From the human T2T-CHM13v2.0 reference genome, Homo sapiens, in the NCBI RefSeq assembly GCF_009914755.1, contig NC_060927.1: DNA of 64,000 nucleotides; one strand, 5' to 3'. Below are positions 43,663-58,069 of the stretch, piece by piece; the first letter of the stretch is position 1; every line of letters begins with the position of its first letter. Below the pieces are notes generated by a model. The model did no database searches, was not told where the DNA came from, and was given only the letters and a program-made list of their open reading frames with translations. The position numbers and the translations under genes were made by a program.

Positions 43663-44305
43663 TGAAAAAGAGAAGGAAAGTTCAGTTGCAAGGGGCGCGG
43701 GGCACGTTTGGTCCCCTTTGTGCGAGCAGGAAAGGCGTTGTGTTGGCCGCGTTCGAGGCGAGCCCCCACCCCCGGAAAGGGAAGTTTGAGAAGTTGGTTA
43801 TCTGAAGGCGGCCGGGGAGCAGCGGCCCGGAGCGGCAGCCTGAGCTGCCAAAGCAGCCAGCGCACCTGGGCCACTCCGCCCATGGCGATGCCGCGTGCCC
43901 ACCCAGCTCTTTCTGAGCCACCCGTTCAAAAGGCCAGCTCCTCAGTCCTTAGCTCCTGGAGACGGCCACGCTTTCCCTCAGGCCGGCTTCTTGGCCCGGA
44001 GTTTTTGGAAACAAGTTTCAAGAAAATAATCGATTTCCAAAAGAAAGTTAGCTGGCTCCACTGACGCCTTGGCATGGATGGATAGGGAGTGGAGATGCTC
44101 AGGTGAAACCGAGAATCCCTCACTGAATGCCTACTGGGTGCTAGAGGCTGTAGATTTTGCCTGGAACAAGATAGTCCTGTCTTCAGGGAGTTGATGGTTC
44201 TATGCAATTATCGTTTGTTGGAAACCGAAGGGTTAAAATCCTAACTAGGCTACCCACCTGATCGCTGTCTCTGAAGGTTTTTAAGGAAAAAATAAAAATA
44301 AAAAA

Positions 44306-44381
44306 ATATATATATATATTATATATATATAAATATATATATAATTATATATATAAATATATATAATATTAATATATATAT
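44306..44381. repeat. Imperfect (TA)n tract
   Basis: About 75 bp of almost pure alternating A/T. Confidence 0.95.
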
Positions 44382-44451
44382 GCATGCAGGAATGGGGGTT
44401 CTTAACTATTTGTTATGGAAAGTGTAAAACCTCTGAGACTTCAAAAGTTAG

Positions 44452-44742
44452 ATTTTTTTTTTTTGGAGACGGAGTCTCGCTCTGTCACCAGGCTGGAGTG
44501 CAGTGGCGCAATCTCGGCTCACTGCAACTTTGCCTCTGGGTTCAAGCGATTCTCCTGCCTTAGCCTCCCGAGTAGCTGGGATTACAGGCGCGTGCCACCA
44601 CGCCCAGCTAATTTTTGTATTTTTAGTAGAGACGGGGTTTCACCATATTGGCCAGGGTGGTCTCGATCTCTTGACCTCGTGATCCGCCCACCTTGGCCTC
44701 CCAAAGTGCTGGGATTACAGGCGTGAGCCACCGCGCCCGGCC
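44452..44742 (-). mobile_element. AluSc-like
   Basis: GTCACCAGGCTGG and TCGATCTCTTGACCTCGTG; TSD CAAAAGTTAGA. Confidence 0.92.
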
Positions 44743-47049
44743 AAAAGTTAGACTTTTTGCAGCTATGATCCAAATAACAGTATCTGCAGCTGTGGTCTGG
44801 GTAACCGAGTATTTGGGCAAGTCATAGAGCTTTTTCTGGGCCTTAGTTTCCTCATCTGTAAAATGGCCAGCTTGAATCTGGGTAATTTTACATCATCTTC
44901 ATGTTTAACATCTTACGTATAGTGCCCCTCCCCTCCTTTCCCCTGGCTCTTCTGGTGACTTGGAGATGACCCATGTAGACTTTGGATGAAATGTAGAGGA
45001 GTTGACAGTCCACATCACCCGGAGGCACTCATTTTATTTATCCAGGGACATGGGCAGATTTACCTTTAGGTTTGTCTGGAAAAAATGCGCATCACGGTCA
45101 GTTGTAAATTTTAGAGTGTTTGAAGTGGATTGGGAACTTTTTAAAAATTATGGCATACATTGAAGGTGGCATGGAGATGGAAGCTTTTAATCAAATTAGG
45201 AAGAGGCACTATTGCAAGCAAAAAGTCTTGACACACATTTGAGTCCTATGGTTTTAATAAAATCTTAGTGTTTCGTTCTTGGCGTTTTTCCTGCATTGCA
45301 GTACCAGAATGTTCAATTGTCTCTCATTTTCCTCCAGACTCTTAAAACCTAAGTGACATTTTGCTAATAAATATTTAAAATGGCACCCTTAATTTTCTGT
45401 GGATGTTAAAAATCATTACAACTTTTGTTCCAGATTATAAAAGAAGGAAATTAGCAGGCCCTGATGTTGTTAGTTAGGTTCTGTTTACAAGGATAAGGTT
45501 TATGATTTGCAAATTCCAGACCCAATAGTTCACGAGTCACTTTCATTTCATCAATATACACACTTTTAAACAATTAGCTTAAAAACGTGGTGGCTTTTTA
45601 TTTGGGTATTTAGACAGTTTTACAAGGCCCACAGATTTCATATTTTTATAGAACTGAAGTTTCAAAATGGTTGAATTAATGAATCATTTTGAATTTGTAT
45701 TCATTTGATTCAAATTAAATTTTCAAAGTTGGCCAATGGTTGAAGACAGATATATTGAAGACGAGAAACCTAATTCTACTTACATTTTAATTTTTCATGT
45801 AAGTAAATAGTTTCAGAATTTCTCTAACGTAATTGGTAAACTGAAAACATTTTTTCAAAATATCTTAATGCAAGATAATATATCAGGTAATGAGATTGTT
45901 TAATAAACAACAAGCTCCTTTTACGTCACCTAAAAAGGCCCAAAAATCTGTCTTCTGTTTAGTAGCTTCTGTACTTCTGTTTAGTAGTATGCAAAGGATT
46001 TAAATAAAAGAACAAATTTCACTAAGAAATAGAAAGTTTTTTTTTCTTCGTTTTTGACTTAATAGATTCACTCTTCCTAAATGATCAAAATTAAGAAATG
46101 ACTCTTTTGGGGAAAACTGTAAAGTGCACAATAACTCTTCAGGTCTGAAAAATATGACTTTTCAGGTTCCTGGAAGTAGATAGATTCTTATTGAGGACAA
46201 AGAATTTGTAAAAGTGTCATAGTGATCAGGTTCTTCACATCACTTTAATAACCTGCTTATTTTGTCAGGGTAAGAGACTAGACATCATTAGGCCCCAAAT
46301 CTGATCTTCAGTCTACTCGTGCTTTTTTTCCGCCTCATAAAAACACATTTCCACCTTTAGGCCACTCAACATCTTATTTTTAATGAGTTATGATTTATAC
46401 AAAATACTAATCACATTTTGAACTCATTGCCTTCTTTTCAATGTAGCATTCCCTAATGATGACTGTTGTCTATGTAGTCAACATAACTACTACATGTTTT
46501 CTACTCAGTTATGAACATGACTTTTTAATTTTTTCAGTAAGGTTAGTTTTTAACTCTGGATCAATAAGGCACCTCTGATATCATTGCAAAAACTGGGCAT
46601 TTTTTCTTCTACCTTTTCAACCATATTTATTGAGTATCTCTTGCCAGGCAGGATGCTCAGACCTGGGATACCATCTCAGATGAATAAGACAGACCTGGTC
46701 TTTGCCATTGAATTTAACAGCTGGGAGCATGTTATAAGTAAAGAAAAGGATACGTGTTTTAACTGTTTATATTTGAAAGCATTATGGAATACTGGTGTTT
46801 TATTTTCTACACCTCATTTTCAAAAGCCTCATTTTTTTTTTGTTGTTGTATGCACTAGGAGGATGTGCATGTTGAATGTTTCCTTCTAGGTCCCATTGAA
46901 TGTATTTTTGAATCAATTTGTTGTCTCTTTCCTATCCCTGCCTTGTCACGGAGCCCCAGTTGGGCAGCCTTTAATTGCATTCTCCATTCCATAGCCAGCA
47001 TGATGGACCCAATGCGTTCATTTAGTGCTCTCTTTGAGGATAGGCTGGT

Positions 47050-47290
47050 GGTAGAAGAGTGTAGGGTATAAACTTTGGAATCAGGCCGTCCTGGGTTCCA
47101 GACCCACTTGCCATGTACTGGCTGTGTAGCCTGTTGTAGTTGCTTTACCTACTAGTCATCCCTGGTCTCATTTGTAAAATGAGGATTATGGAGTTATGGT
47201 GAGGATTAAATAAAATATTGTTTTAAAGTATTTAACATGGTGCCTGCAACATAGTAAATGCTCAATAAATATCAGCTTCTGTTATTACTA
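47050..47290 (+). mobile_element. MIR
   Basis: TTTGGAATCAGG...CTCATTTGTAAAATGAGGAT...GTGAGGATTAAAT...GTAAATGCTCAATAAAT. Confidence 0.82.
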
Positions 47291-49991
47291 TTAACTCCTT
47301 AATTGGGCTTACCAGGGGCCTCTGACCTGGTTCCCATTTGACTCTGCTGCTTCACATCCCACCACAGCCCACATTTTCCCAGTCTATTTGTGTCACTACA
47401 CATACACACAATGTGAGCAATTTAGGCAGCTGTTCCTTTGTTCAGGATGTCTGGAACTCCTGCTACCTGGCTAATTTTCACTCATCTTTTAAGACGTAGT
47501 TCAAGTGTCATCTTCTTGAGGAAACCTGCTTTGAATGTCCCAGTTTGAGGTAAATGTCTCCTATGAGATACAGACCTCTCACTTAGCTGGTAACAATACC
47601 AAGCCAAAGTCATATCTTTACGTAACTCTCTTGCCCATTATACCTTTAATCCTCTCAATCTTATTCAGTTTTCTATCTCTGGGATCTCTGGCAGTGCCTG
47701 ACACATCATTTAGCACCCAGGAAGTGCTGAGCTGAGCCTCCACTTCATCCTACTGTATCTAATGCAACTGAGGTCGAGCATTTAACTAAGCAGTCACTGT
47801 TTATTAGGTGTTTGGTCCAAATAGTAAAATCTTTACTTTCAGTTAGAATAGTTTTAGTTCTGATCACAATAAGTAATTTGACTGTTTTTGAAGTATGGAA
47901 TTGGTTCTTGTATTCTCATGAAATATGGAAAAAGATGTTTCAACTTCTGACAAACATGATGGAAAGCTGCTAGAAGTTTTCATGCAATTCCTTTAGCCAT
48001 AAATTTTGAATCAGTGTAGGGCCTTGAAAGCCACTGCAAAATTTTAAATAAAGTCACCAGAGGAATTATCCAGTAGATACTGATTCCTCTTTTTTTTTTT
48101 TTTCATAGAAGGGTGTCGGAAAGTGCTAAAATCTAAATTTATTTTTTAAGTTTCTTTTTTCATTGGGTTTTATGTTTTGGTTTATAAGGGTGAAGCAGCG
48201 TTGGTTGAAGGGAAGTGTGGTCTTGTAGCCACCACTGCCTACTCTAGAGTAGCGTGGATATTATTTAGGTCTGATGCAAACCACCAAAGCAGTTTTAAAT
48301 AGGGTGCAGGGGAAACATACTTCCTGGCTACAGCATGGCATTATTTGGCCAAGTTCCACATAAAAGCATAACTCTGTTACCTTGTTAGCTTCTACCCTCC
48401 AGGTCCTTATGTACAACTTCAGCAGATTTAAGTTATGATTTTCAGTAGAACAGATATGCATTCGCAGCAAGAATGCTCACCGCTTCTTTTGCACTCTCTA
48501 CTTTCCTGGTAATATTTTGCTCCACAGGTACTTGTTGCTTGTGACTGAGGCAAGATAATGACTCATACTTCTTTGCTTGGCATGCCAAAGGGTTTGGAAT
48601 GCTGGACAGGCAAATTGTCTCATCTCAGGGAGAAGGAAGAGAAAGACAATTAACATTTGAGAACCTACCCTGAGACAGCCACTTGATATTATGTATCTCA
48701 TTTAATCCTAGGAAGAAATCTCCAAGATAAGTTTTATTATCTTTATTTTATGGATGGAAAGATGGATCCTGCTCAGGGTCTCTCTGGAGTTTTGCCTGGG
48801 TGCATGTATGAGTGTGTGGCCCAAGCTTCTTGTGCTTGCATGCTGCTAGGTTCTTTCGTGTGGTCTCTATGTGTGTATGCGTGTGTTGGGAGGGAGGCTG
48901 AAGAGGGGTGAATGGATATCAGATTTGAGAGAGGGGAAGCTTACCATCTAATGTCATCAGTTCAGTGCTCCTGATTTAATTGATTTGGTTTGCTTGCATT
49001 ATCTGCCTCCTTCCTGACTACATTTGTACCACAGAAAATCAAGATAAGGCAGAGTTTCTTTGCATAAGGAAACTCTACAGCCCACAGTTTGACAATGGTG
49101 TCTTAGTGGTAGGACTCATGGTGGGTGACCTGTGGTTTGGCCACTTATAGCAGTTGGACATACCCCATTTGCAAAGATGTGTATTGTAAACCCCAAATTT
49201 TGAGTGTGTAGGACAATCATTTGTGTACAATCAATTGTGTACAACTGCTGATGAGGGCAAGAAGAGCCGACTTTATCCAACATAACAAAGAAGAAGGGGA
49301 CAGTTTGACTTTTGAAGGGGACAATTTGAAAACTTATAGGAGGTTAAGATTCTCTTCCTCACCCATTACATCAGGAGTACTTCTGCCTTTTACTTGCCAC
49401 AGTCAGCTTTCTAGGTCTTAGCACCCAACAAGTAGCAACTATCCTCTTGGGTGTAGTCAGTTTAGTCTACTTATGGCCTCCTGCTTAGACTCTTAAGGGT
49501 TCCCTAGCATCTGTGTTTTGTTTGTAGGTTTGAAGCTATCATTATTAGATGAGATTTAGCTTCAGGGCCCGTACCTATGACTGGGGAGATTCTATCTGGG
49601 AAAGGTCAAGACATGCAGCTCTTTTTTTTTTTTTTTTTCTTCTCTTTTCTGAGGGAATATTTTCCTCCAATTTTTTTCAGCTCTACAACTAAAATATAGA
49701 CCTAGTATATGAACACAACTGGCCTCTGTCCTGGGCCTTAGATGGTACTCTGCTGTCATTCTTCTCTGGTCAGAGCCATGCCTATGGGGTGAGGTGACTT
49801 TTGGGCCTTCCAGTCTTACTCTCTTTTCATTTTTAGACCATGATTTGGTTATGTGGGAACCCACATTCGCTGTCCAGAAGGCCCTGAACTGGTATCTGCA
49901 GTTTGCATGGATCCTTGAAGCCATCTTCCTGAAGGCTGTCATTGCTACTGGTTGTGCAATCTCTGCACGAGGGTTGTTTAAGGGATAGCTC

Positions 49992-50014
49992 TGTGTGTGT
50001 GTGTGTCTGTATGT

Positions 50015-50052
<38 letters not shown>

Positions 50053-50063
50053 CAGAGAGCGAG
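49992..50063. repeat. Compound (TG)n(AG)n microsatellite
   Basis: A TG run followed by a long GA run. Confidence 0.95.
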
Positions 50064-51704
50064 CTTGGGTGTCCACATATCACAAGGCCCCTCTTGATGT
50101 AGGATGGAGCAGGCAGGGGGGAGGAAGGCAAATTGATTACCAGGGCTCAGGATGATGTCTCTCTTTAAACCACCCATTTCTGTGGAAGGACTATGAACAT
50201 TGTAGGAGTTCTAAAGTTGTACCTGGTCTTCCAAGACATTGAAAAGATATATTTGTCAGTCTAGGTAGAAGGATAACACCTATTTTATTGAGCAGTTTGC
50301 TAGCTTGATTTGTAACTTTAAATGTTTTGACTTATGGTACATGGGCCTCTATTTGCTCACTTGCCTTGGGCCTTCCCATGTTGGGGGTGGATCTGCAGCA
50401 GCAACATTCCTTTGCAGAGATGTTGGGTAGAAATAAGTTTTGGTTAATTGTACCATTTTTTCCCTGGAATAGACAGCATTGAACATTAAAGAAAAAATGA
50501 GTTACTTTGTAGACATAGTGCTCTATTTCCTTTGGGAAATGTAGTTTTTCTTAGTTTGCGTTGTCCTGAAGTGAACTTTAGCTCTATACTTTTTTTCTTT
50601 CCTTTTTTTTTTTTTTTTTTTTAGATTTCCTAGTGCCCTAGTTGCATTTCTTCTGTGTATTGAGAGACCACCAGGCGGGCAAGGTGAAGTTTATCTGAAT
50701 GTTTTTTCCTCCTATTGTAAATATTTTATTTGAACCAAAAAAAGGCTTGGTTCTTCTCAAGCCTCTTTAAAGAAAACAAGGAAAAAGGCTTCTCAGTGCT
50801 TTAGAAGATATAAGATTGTCAAAACTTCATTTTAGAGAACTAGGGATTTGGTTGAACCAACATGAATGCCTTTGAAAGAAGATATGGGTTGGGTGCATAT
50901 TTTCAGTATATGCTGCAGCAGCTCTTTATTAAAGTATAAATCATTACGAAGTCTTCATTTCCTATGGGGCGATAACACTGCTGCTTTGTGGATGACTACC
51001 TGTCACGCCCAAATCCTGCAAACTTTTCTACATAGGGAAATGAAATTGGGCTTATTTCCCCTGTAGCTTTTCTCAAGAGACTTCATGGACTAATTTCCCA
51101 ATAATCATAGTAGCTACCACTTATTGAGGTCTTGCTACTGCACGGATCATGCTGAGTACTTCAAGTGTATTAACCCTCAAAACAACTTTAGAAGGTAGGT
51201 TATATTATGCTTATTATAAATCCTCCAGAGTCAATAAATTTGCCTAAGTCCACCTAGTTAGAAAATGATTAGGCTGGGGTTGGAACCAAGATGGTCTGGT
51301 TTGGGGATCTAGATTCCTAATTGTTATACTGTACTGAGACTAGTCTGCCTTAATTGACATAAACTACTTGTCCATTATAGCATGGGTGTTGGAAGACTAG
51401 AGGTTAAGAGAAATAATAATATCCAACATTTTTCTAGTGTTTTAGCATTCTTCATATATTATCCCATTGAATTTTCTTAGTGTAATAAAATAACACTCGG
51501 TTTATACACCAGGTAGTCAAACATCATGCCTGTCTTGTGATCTCAATGGAAAAATGAAGTGTATACCTCAAGTGATACAGTCTTGGCTGAATCATGGAAC
51601 AATTATGCCATCAGGAAGTTTAGGTATTCTGAGTAAAACAGGCACTTTATTTGAAAGGACTGGGAGACTTCACAGATGCATCAAATATGTTGAGGATATA
51701 AATG

Positions 51705-52668
51705 CCAGGCTCAGGTGGATTTACTGTGAAGTGCTTGAACTTAACCTTCAAGGCTACCTATACCCTGGTATAGGTCCATCTCCTGGCTCTAGCAGAGGCC
51801 CTGGCAATGTGGTTAACAAGTGTCATCAAGTCAAATACTACGAAATCTTGCAGTGCCCTGAATCTTACAGCTCACATATAAAAGAAACCTGATAAAAGTT
51901 TTCCAAATTTGGAGTCAATCCAAAAAATTTATATGACATTACCTGTAATGAATTATGAAGCTGAAAGGAACTTTTCCAAATTATTCAAGAATAAATTACA
52001 AATTCTGATCTACATTTCTAAAGGGAAGACTGAATTATTTTTCTATTCTCTCAATAGAGAATATTGCAAAATGTTATTGGAAGAGATGATCAAAGAGTGT
52101 GCAACCAAAAAATATAGGAGAATTATTTCAGAGGTATGGCAATCAGTTAATAAAAATATTTGTTTTTTAAACACTTCATATTTGTAGTATTTATAGCTTT
52201 TAAAAATTTGTTGTTTGTATGATACTATTTAAAATTTTTTTTTCCAGAGATGAGATCTCATTCTGTCACTCAGTCTGGAAAGCAGTTGCATAATCATAAC
52301 TCACTGCAGCCTTGGAGTCCTAGGTTCAAGCAGTCCTCTAGAGTAGCTCGGACTAAAGGCATGCACCACCATGACCGGCCAGTTTTTTGTTTTTTGTTGT
52401 TTTTTAATTTTTGTAGAGATGGTGTCTTACTATGTACCAAGTCTGGTCTTGAACACTGGGGCTCAGAGGAACCTGTCCACCTCTGCCTCCCAAAGTGTTA
52501 GGATTACAGGTGTAAGCCACTGCACCCGGCCTGTATGCCATTTTAATTCTAAATAAATATTCACTTTATTCTTAATTTTATATTCACTTTATTCTTAATT
52601 TTGTATTCTTCTTCTTAAAGAGTGCCCCTGAAATTTACAAGCTTCAGATTCCAAAGACCTGAGTCTTT
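51705..52668 (+). mobile_element. Zaphod/MER115-like hAT-Tip100 fossil, interrupted by an AluJ (52233-52531, minus strand)
   Basis: GGTGGATTTACTGTGAAG start; ORF 51909-52187 keeps KIYMTLPVMNYEAERNFSKL (hAT dimerization-domain motif); ends CAAGCTTCAG..CC...ACCTG. Confidence 0.75.
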
Positions 52669-54249
52669 GACTAATGGTAGGATTTGTTTGTTGGTTTAGA
52701 AAATAAATGTTAAAAAATGCCTCTTCCTCCTTCCCCCCATTGCAAACAGAGACTGAAATCTGCATTGTTATTTCACAAAACCAAAATATTTTTCCTCCAG
52801 GTTTAGCTAAACCCTTCATCATTTTCCTACTTTAGAGCCCCATGCCAAGTAGAAAAGAAGTTGCAAAGATGTAATTATCACAAACCTTCATCTTGGATGA
52901 AAGATAACCTAGCTCTGACCCTTAGTTTGAGATTAGAAGGACTCTACCTAGGAGACAGCTGGTAAAGACTAAGGTATGTTGTACCAGGAATCTAGGTGTC
53001 TGGGTGACCAGGCTGTCTTTCTTCCCATTGGGGCTCATTTTCCTTCTATACAGTGACAAGAATTGGACTAAATAAGATTTCCAGTATTTTCTCTTCTGAA
53101 ACATTTCATTCTTTGTTATCCCTGTACTATTTTGTTAGTAGAATAAATCATTGAAGTTGAGTTAGAAAATCTTTAGCTAATCAAAATAGAAAACTAACAA
53201 AAGTCATGACAGGTCAGAACTGAGAAATACCACAGACTTCCACTGGTGTTCATTGGAGATGACTACTATTAAAAAAAGAGAAGAAAAAAAACCATAGCTA
53301 TTTTGAAAATTTCCGACTACAGGTGTCTGAGCATACATCCTGACTAAATAGCATGTTTACTTCAGCTAGAGCTCACTCCTTCCTAAATAAAAGGCTTACT
53401 TGGTTTTGGTGGTAATATTATTCCTCTTTGGTTAATTATGGTATTTTCATTCTCCCCTTCCTCTGAATTGGTTAAAATGTCTGTGAAAATTTTTCCTAAG
53501 GTAGAAAGTTATGAAATGCTTTGCTATGCCTAGGAGAAGTAAAGCCTAAAGGAACTTTCATATTTTTTGGGAAAAAAAAAAAGGAAACTTGTCTAGATAT
53601 AATTAGTGTTCTGTTGCCTTTCAAATATTTCTCTACCACTTTTCTTAAAATATTCTCAGAAAAGACAGAATTTGCAACAGATTGGCAGTTTTCAGACTGC
53701 TGTTTTAGGCAGGGGAGTAGCTGCCGCAACCTCTAATTGCATTTCTGTAGAGTTTGCAGACACTTGTTAGCGTAGACTAGGAATCTTTCAACTTTTGCTG
53801 TGAGTGACTACCTTGTTACTACATATCGGATTTGCGTCTCATTCTCTAACGCTCATAGTATTGGGGAAGAAAAAAAGACAATATGATATAATTTGTCCTT
53901 CAAGTATGTGAAAAGGAAAAAAATCTAATAATAACATTTTATGTTCATTATTTTGGAATCCCTTAAGTTATATCATTATAAAATAATCTAACAATCTCAA
54001 TACCCCTGGGCACTCTTACTTTTATTTTTATAATTTATATTGTTAGAATACATTTCTATTCTCTTAGGCCTTTGTTCATTCTACTTTCTCACTTCTTTAG
54101 GAGCCTCATTCCTTTCTGAATATTACATTTTATGAGTTATTATATGCATCAAGGCCCAAAGCTTGAGCTCCAGCATTCTGACCCCGAAAATGATGGTTTC
54201 CTATCATCTTCTGATAACAGCAACTGAAGATGTTCTAATACCTTGCCGC

Positions 54250-54392
54250 TTACAGGAGGTCTGGCATCACTGAGAATTTATTGGAAATGAGGATTGTGGG
54301 TCCTCTCCCCAGACCTACTGCAACAGAATGTACACTTTCACAAGGTCCCCAGGTGATTCCTGTACACATAGCAGTTTGAAAAACACTGCTGT
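54250..54392. mobile_element. MER5A
   Basis: GGCATCAC...GGAAATG...CCCCAGACCTACTG...CAAGGTCCCCAGGTGATTC...AGTTTGAAAAACACTG. Confidence 0.8.
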
Positions 54393-54706
54393 AATAGCAT
54401 TAAAGCATGTTCCAAAGAGTAGCCAAATGATCTGCAGTGGTTTTAGTGGATCACATCAGGCTTGTTTCTGTCAATAAAGAAGAGGAGAATTCAAGGAAGA
54501 GTTGGCTTAGTTTTATGAGAGTCTTTTGACTCTTCCTAAGCCGTTTTAACTAAAGCTAGCAGAAGACAGAAGGCACTGGTAGCAAGTCAACTAAATGAGT
54601 CAGTTTTTAACCAGTCTGTTTCCCCAGTCATCCTTCATGAGTCTTTTATCCACTGATTGTCCATCCCTTGACCATGGTGAACTGTAGAACCCAAGGACCC
54701 ATTTCT

Positions 54707-55023
54707 TTTTTCTTTCTTGTTTTTTTTTTTTTTTTGAGATGGAATCTCGCTCTGTTGCCCAGGCTGGTGTACAGTGGCGCAATCTCGGCTCGCTGCAACC
54801 TCTGCCTCCTGGGTTCAAGCGATTCTCCTGCTTCAGCCTCCTGAGTAGCTGGGATTACAGGTGTGCACCAACACACTTGACTAATTTTGTTGTTGTTGTA
54901 TTTTTAGTAGAGACACGGTTTCACCATGTTGGTCAGGCTGGTCTCAAACTCCTGACCTCGTGATCCGCCCGCCTCGGCCTCCCAAAGTGCTGGGATTACA
55001 GGCACGAGCCATCGTGTCCGGCC
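54707..55023 (-). mobile_element. AluS
   Basis: Perfect 16-bp TSD CCAAGGACCCATTTCT (54691-54706/55024-55039). Confidence 0.95.
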
Positions 55024-56393
55024 CCAAGGACCCATTTCTATATCGAACTCACTGCATTAATCATGTTTACCTCATTAGGCATTTACTCACAGATTGCCTT
55101 GACATATGTAGGCCCTAATTCATTCTGGAGCTATTATACCACAGCATTTCTTAAAATAGGTAGCACTCTGCTCTATACAAAGTAGGTACCCAATAAATTA
55201 ATGATTCGATGACAGGTTTTCAGGAAGTGGTTTTACTCTTCAACATTTTTTAATCCTCTTTTGTCTTGAGGAACTTATTTGTCTGATGCTCAGTGAAGAC
55301 CCAATAAATTTCTCTTGAATTGCTCAACATTTGTTTTAGACTTTTCTGAGAGTGCCACTGTAGGCTTTTTCATTGATTTGCTCCTTTATTTTAATATCAT
55401 AAGGCAGCTTTTTGTGACTTAGTTACTTTTGTCTTCCAGAATTATGGGTCCCTGTCAGTTATTAATGCTCTTAATTAACAGTAGCCACAATAACCAGTCC
55501 TTACAAGCAGTTTCTGATGTTTCCAAATAATTTTATTTTCTGACTTTTTTTTCTTTGCCTTTGACATCTGAACTATACTTGGCAAGAAAAAAAAACATAA
55601 AAACTTTCCATTGCAACTCATATCTCATGGTGATTCCTGTTGCATCAAATCTTAAGTTATCCATCAGAAAAGTTATGCAAAATCTATAACCATTTGGTTT
55701 TATTTTTGCCCTTGAATTATGCTACCGTAACACAAACCTGAACTCTTATATTTGTCATCTGTAAAAATCACCTAATTGGTCTCTGCTTATGGACACCCTT
55801 TGTTCTTTCTCTGTCAATAACACAGGCATTGCCCTCAGTTAAATCTCCCCCCAGATGGCATTTTGAATAGCTGGCCTCTGTTAGAAAGCCTTCCATGGAT
55901 TTTATGAATCCTAGATCATCACATGGCCTTCCCTTTCTCTTTGAGCATGGGGGCTGCCTCAGTGTCCCTTGGCTCCTAAGAGAGTGCCTTGTGCTGATGG
56001 GACACAGGACCAGTTTGATGACTACGTGCACAGATGAAGCCAAACCTCTTGCCCATCATCTATTCCACCCTTCACATCCCTCATGCCCTGGTTCCACTTG
56101 AACCCAGCTGCCTCACACATCCTTTTTGCTTACAAATTTCCTAGCTTGTGACCATTCTCCACCACCTCCCCCCAAGTTTTACCATTCTCTATTTGTGCCC
56201 TACAATGGCTCCACCCTTTGAAATAACGCCTGGTCTAAATGTTACTTTTTCTAGTGGGCCTTCCTTGATTATCCATCCCACTGTGATTCCTTTTCCTGCC
56301 CATAGCCTCTCCGACAAGCCTTGCATTCTCATTCATATGACCTTGTTTGCCAAGCTACCTGTGCTGTCTCTGTGTGTTTTAAACTATTTTACT

Positions 56394-56699
<306 letters not shown>

Positions 56700-57708
56700 T
56701 TACTAGAATGAAAACTCTTTGAGGGAGAAACTTCTGTCTGATTTTGCCATAGCTCTTAGCACAGATTCTCACTAATTCTGTTTATGTGTTTTGTTTGTTG
56801 CTGTTTGGAATTCATTGCTTTTAAAGGCCGAGGAAACTTGCTTTTAGATCCAAGGCGGGGAGTGCTATTTTTTTTTCTCCCAGATGGCTTTTCACCACCA
56901 AGTGTAAATGTCAATGGCTTAAAGCCACCTGTAGTATTGTTTGACAGAACCATAGGCTTATGGAAAATCTCGTATGATCTGCTTTGTGTAAATTGTTCTT
57001 TACAGTGGAGACTTGCTCTGTCTGCAGTCTTTAGTTTCTGTGAATTTTGGGGAGCTGTGGTGTGTGGGTGTTAAGGTTAATTTTCCATCCATCACTGGCT
57101 CTGCCTTTGATTCATTTATTCTCTCATGTGTGAATCTTTTGCAGAAGGCTCAATGCATTATGACTATAGAGACCAGGCAAAGTCATAAAGTAAATCACAC
57201 CATCTCACGCAGGACAATTTTTTGTCACTCCTGCCTTTTCTCTTTATGAGTCATAGATGATTTCAGTCATTGGGATTGCTGGAATAGGGATGGCTGAAGG
57301 GGTCTTGGTGCAATGAAGAGTGGCTGAAGATACTCTTCTACCTACCTGAGGGTAAATAATCCCATATTGCAAAGGTGACCCCTGGTTGTACTTTTTGGAA
57401 AGCCCTGTTAAAATGATACATGCTAAGGAGACTTAAATATGAGGCCTTTCTTACCTGGGTGCTTAATAGGAGTGGGTTTCTAAGGATGGTCTTGAATTTG
57501 GCCTTCAGCCTTCTCGTCCACCATAGTCCCCATCCATCCTGAATAAACATGCAGTCTAGGTACCACAAGTAGTGTTCTCTTGTGCAAGCACAGCTTCCAG
57601 CTGTGTTGCCTGCCTCCCTTTCAGCCAGATCATCACCCATGTAGCCACTCCTCTATGGGAATTCTGGAGCTACCACTGACATCACATTACATAGATTTGG
57701 ACTGGTAG

Positions 57709-58069
<361 letters not shown>

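Noticed and set aside
49592-50131. 179-aa minus-strand ORF (longest in the window)
   Set aside because: Non-ATG start, runs through microsatellites and poly-A, and shows no homology I recognise.
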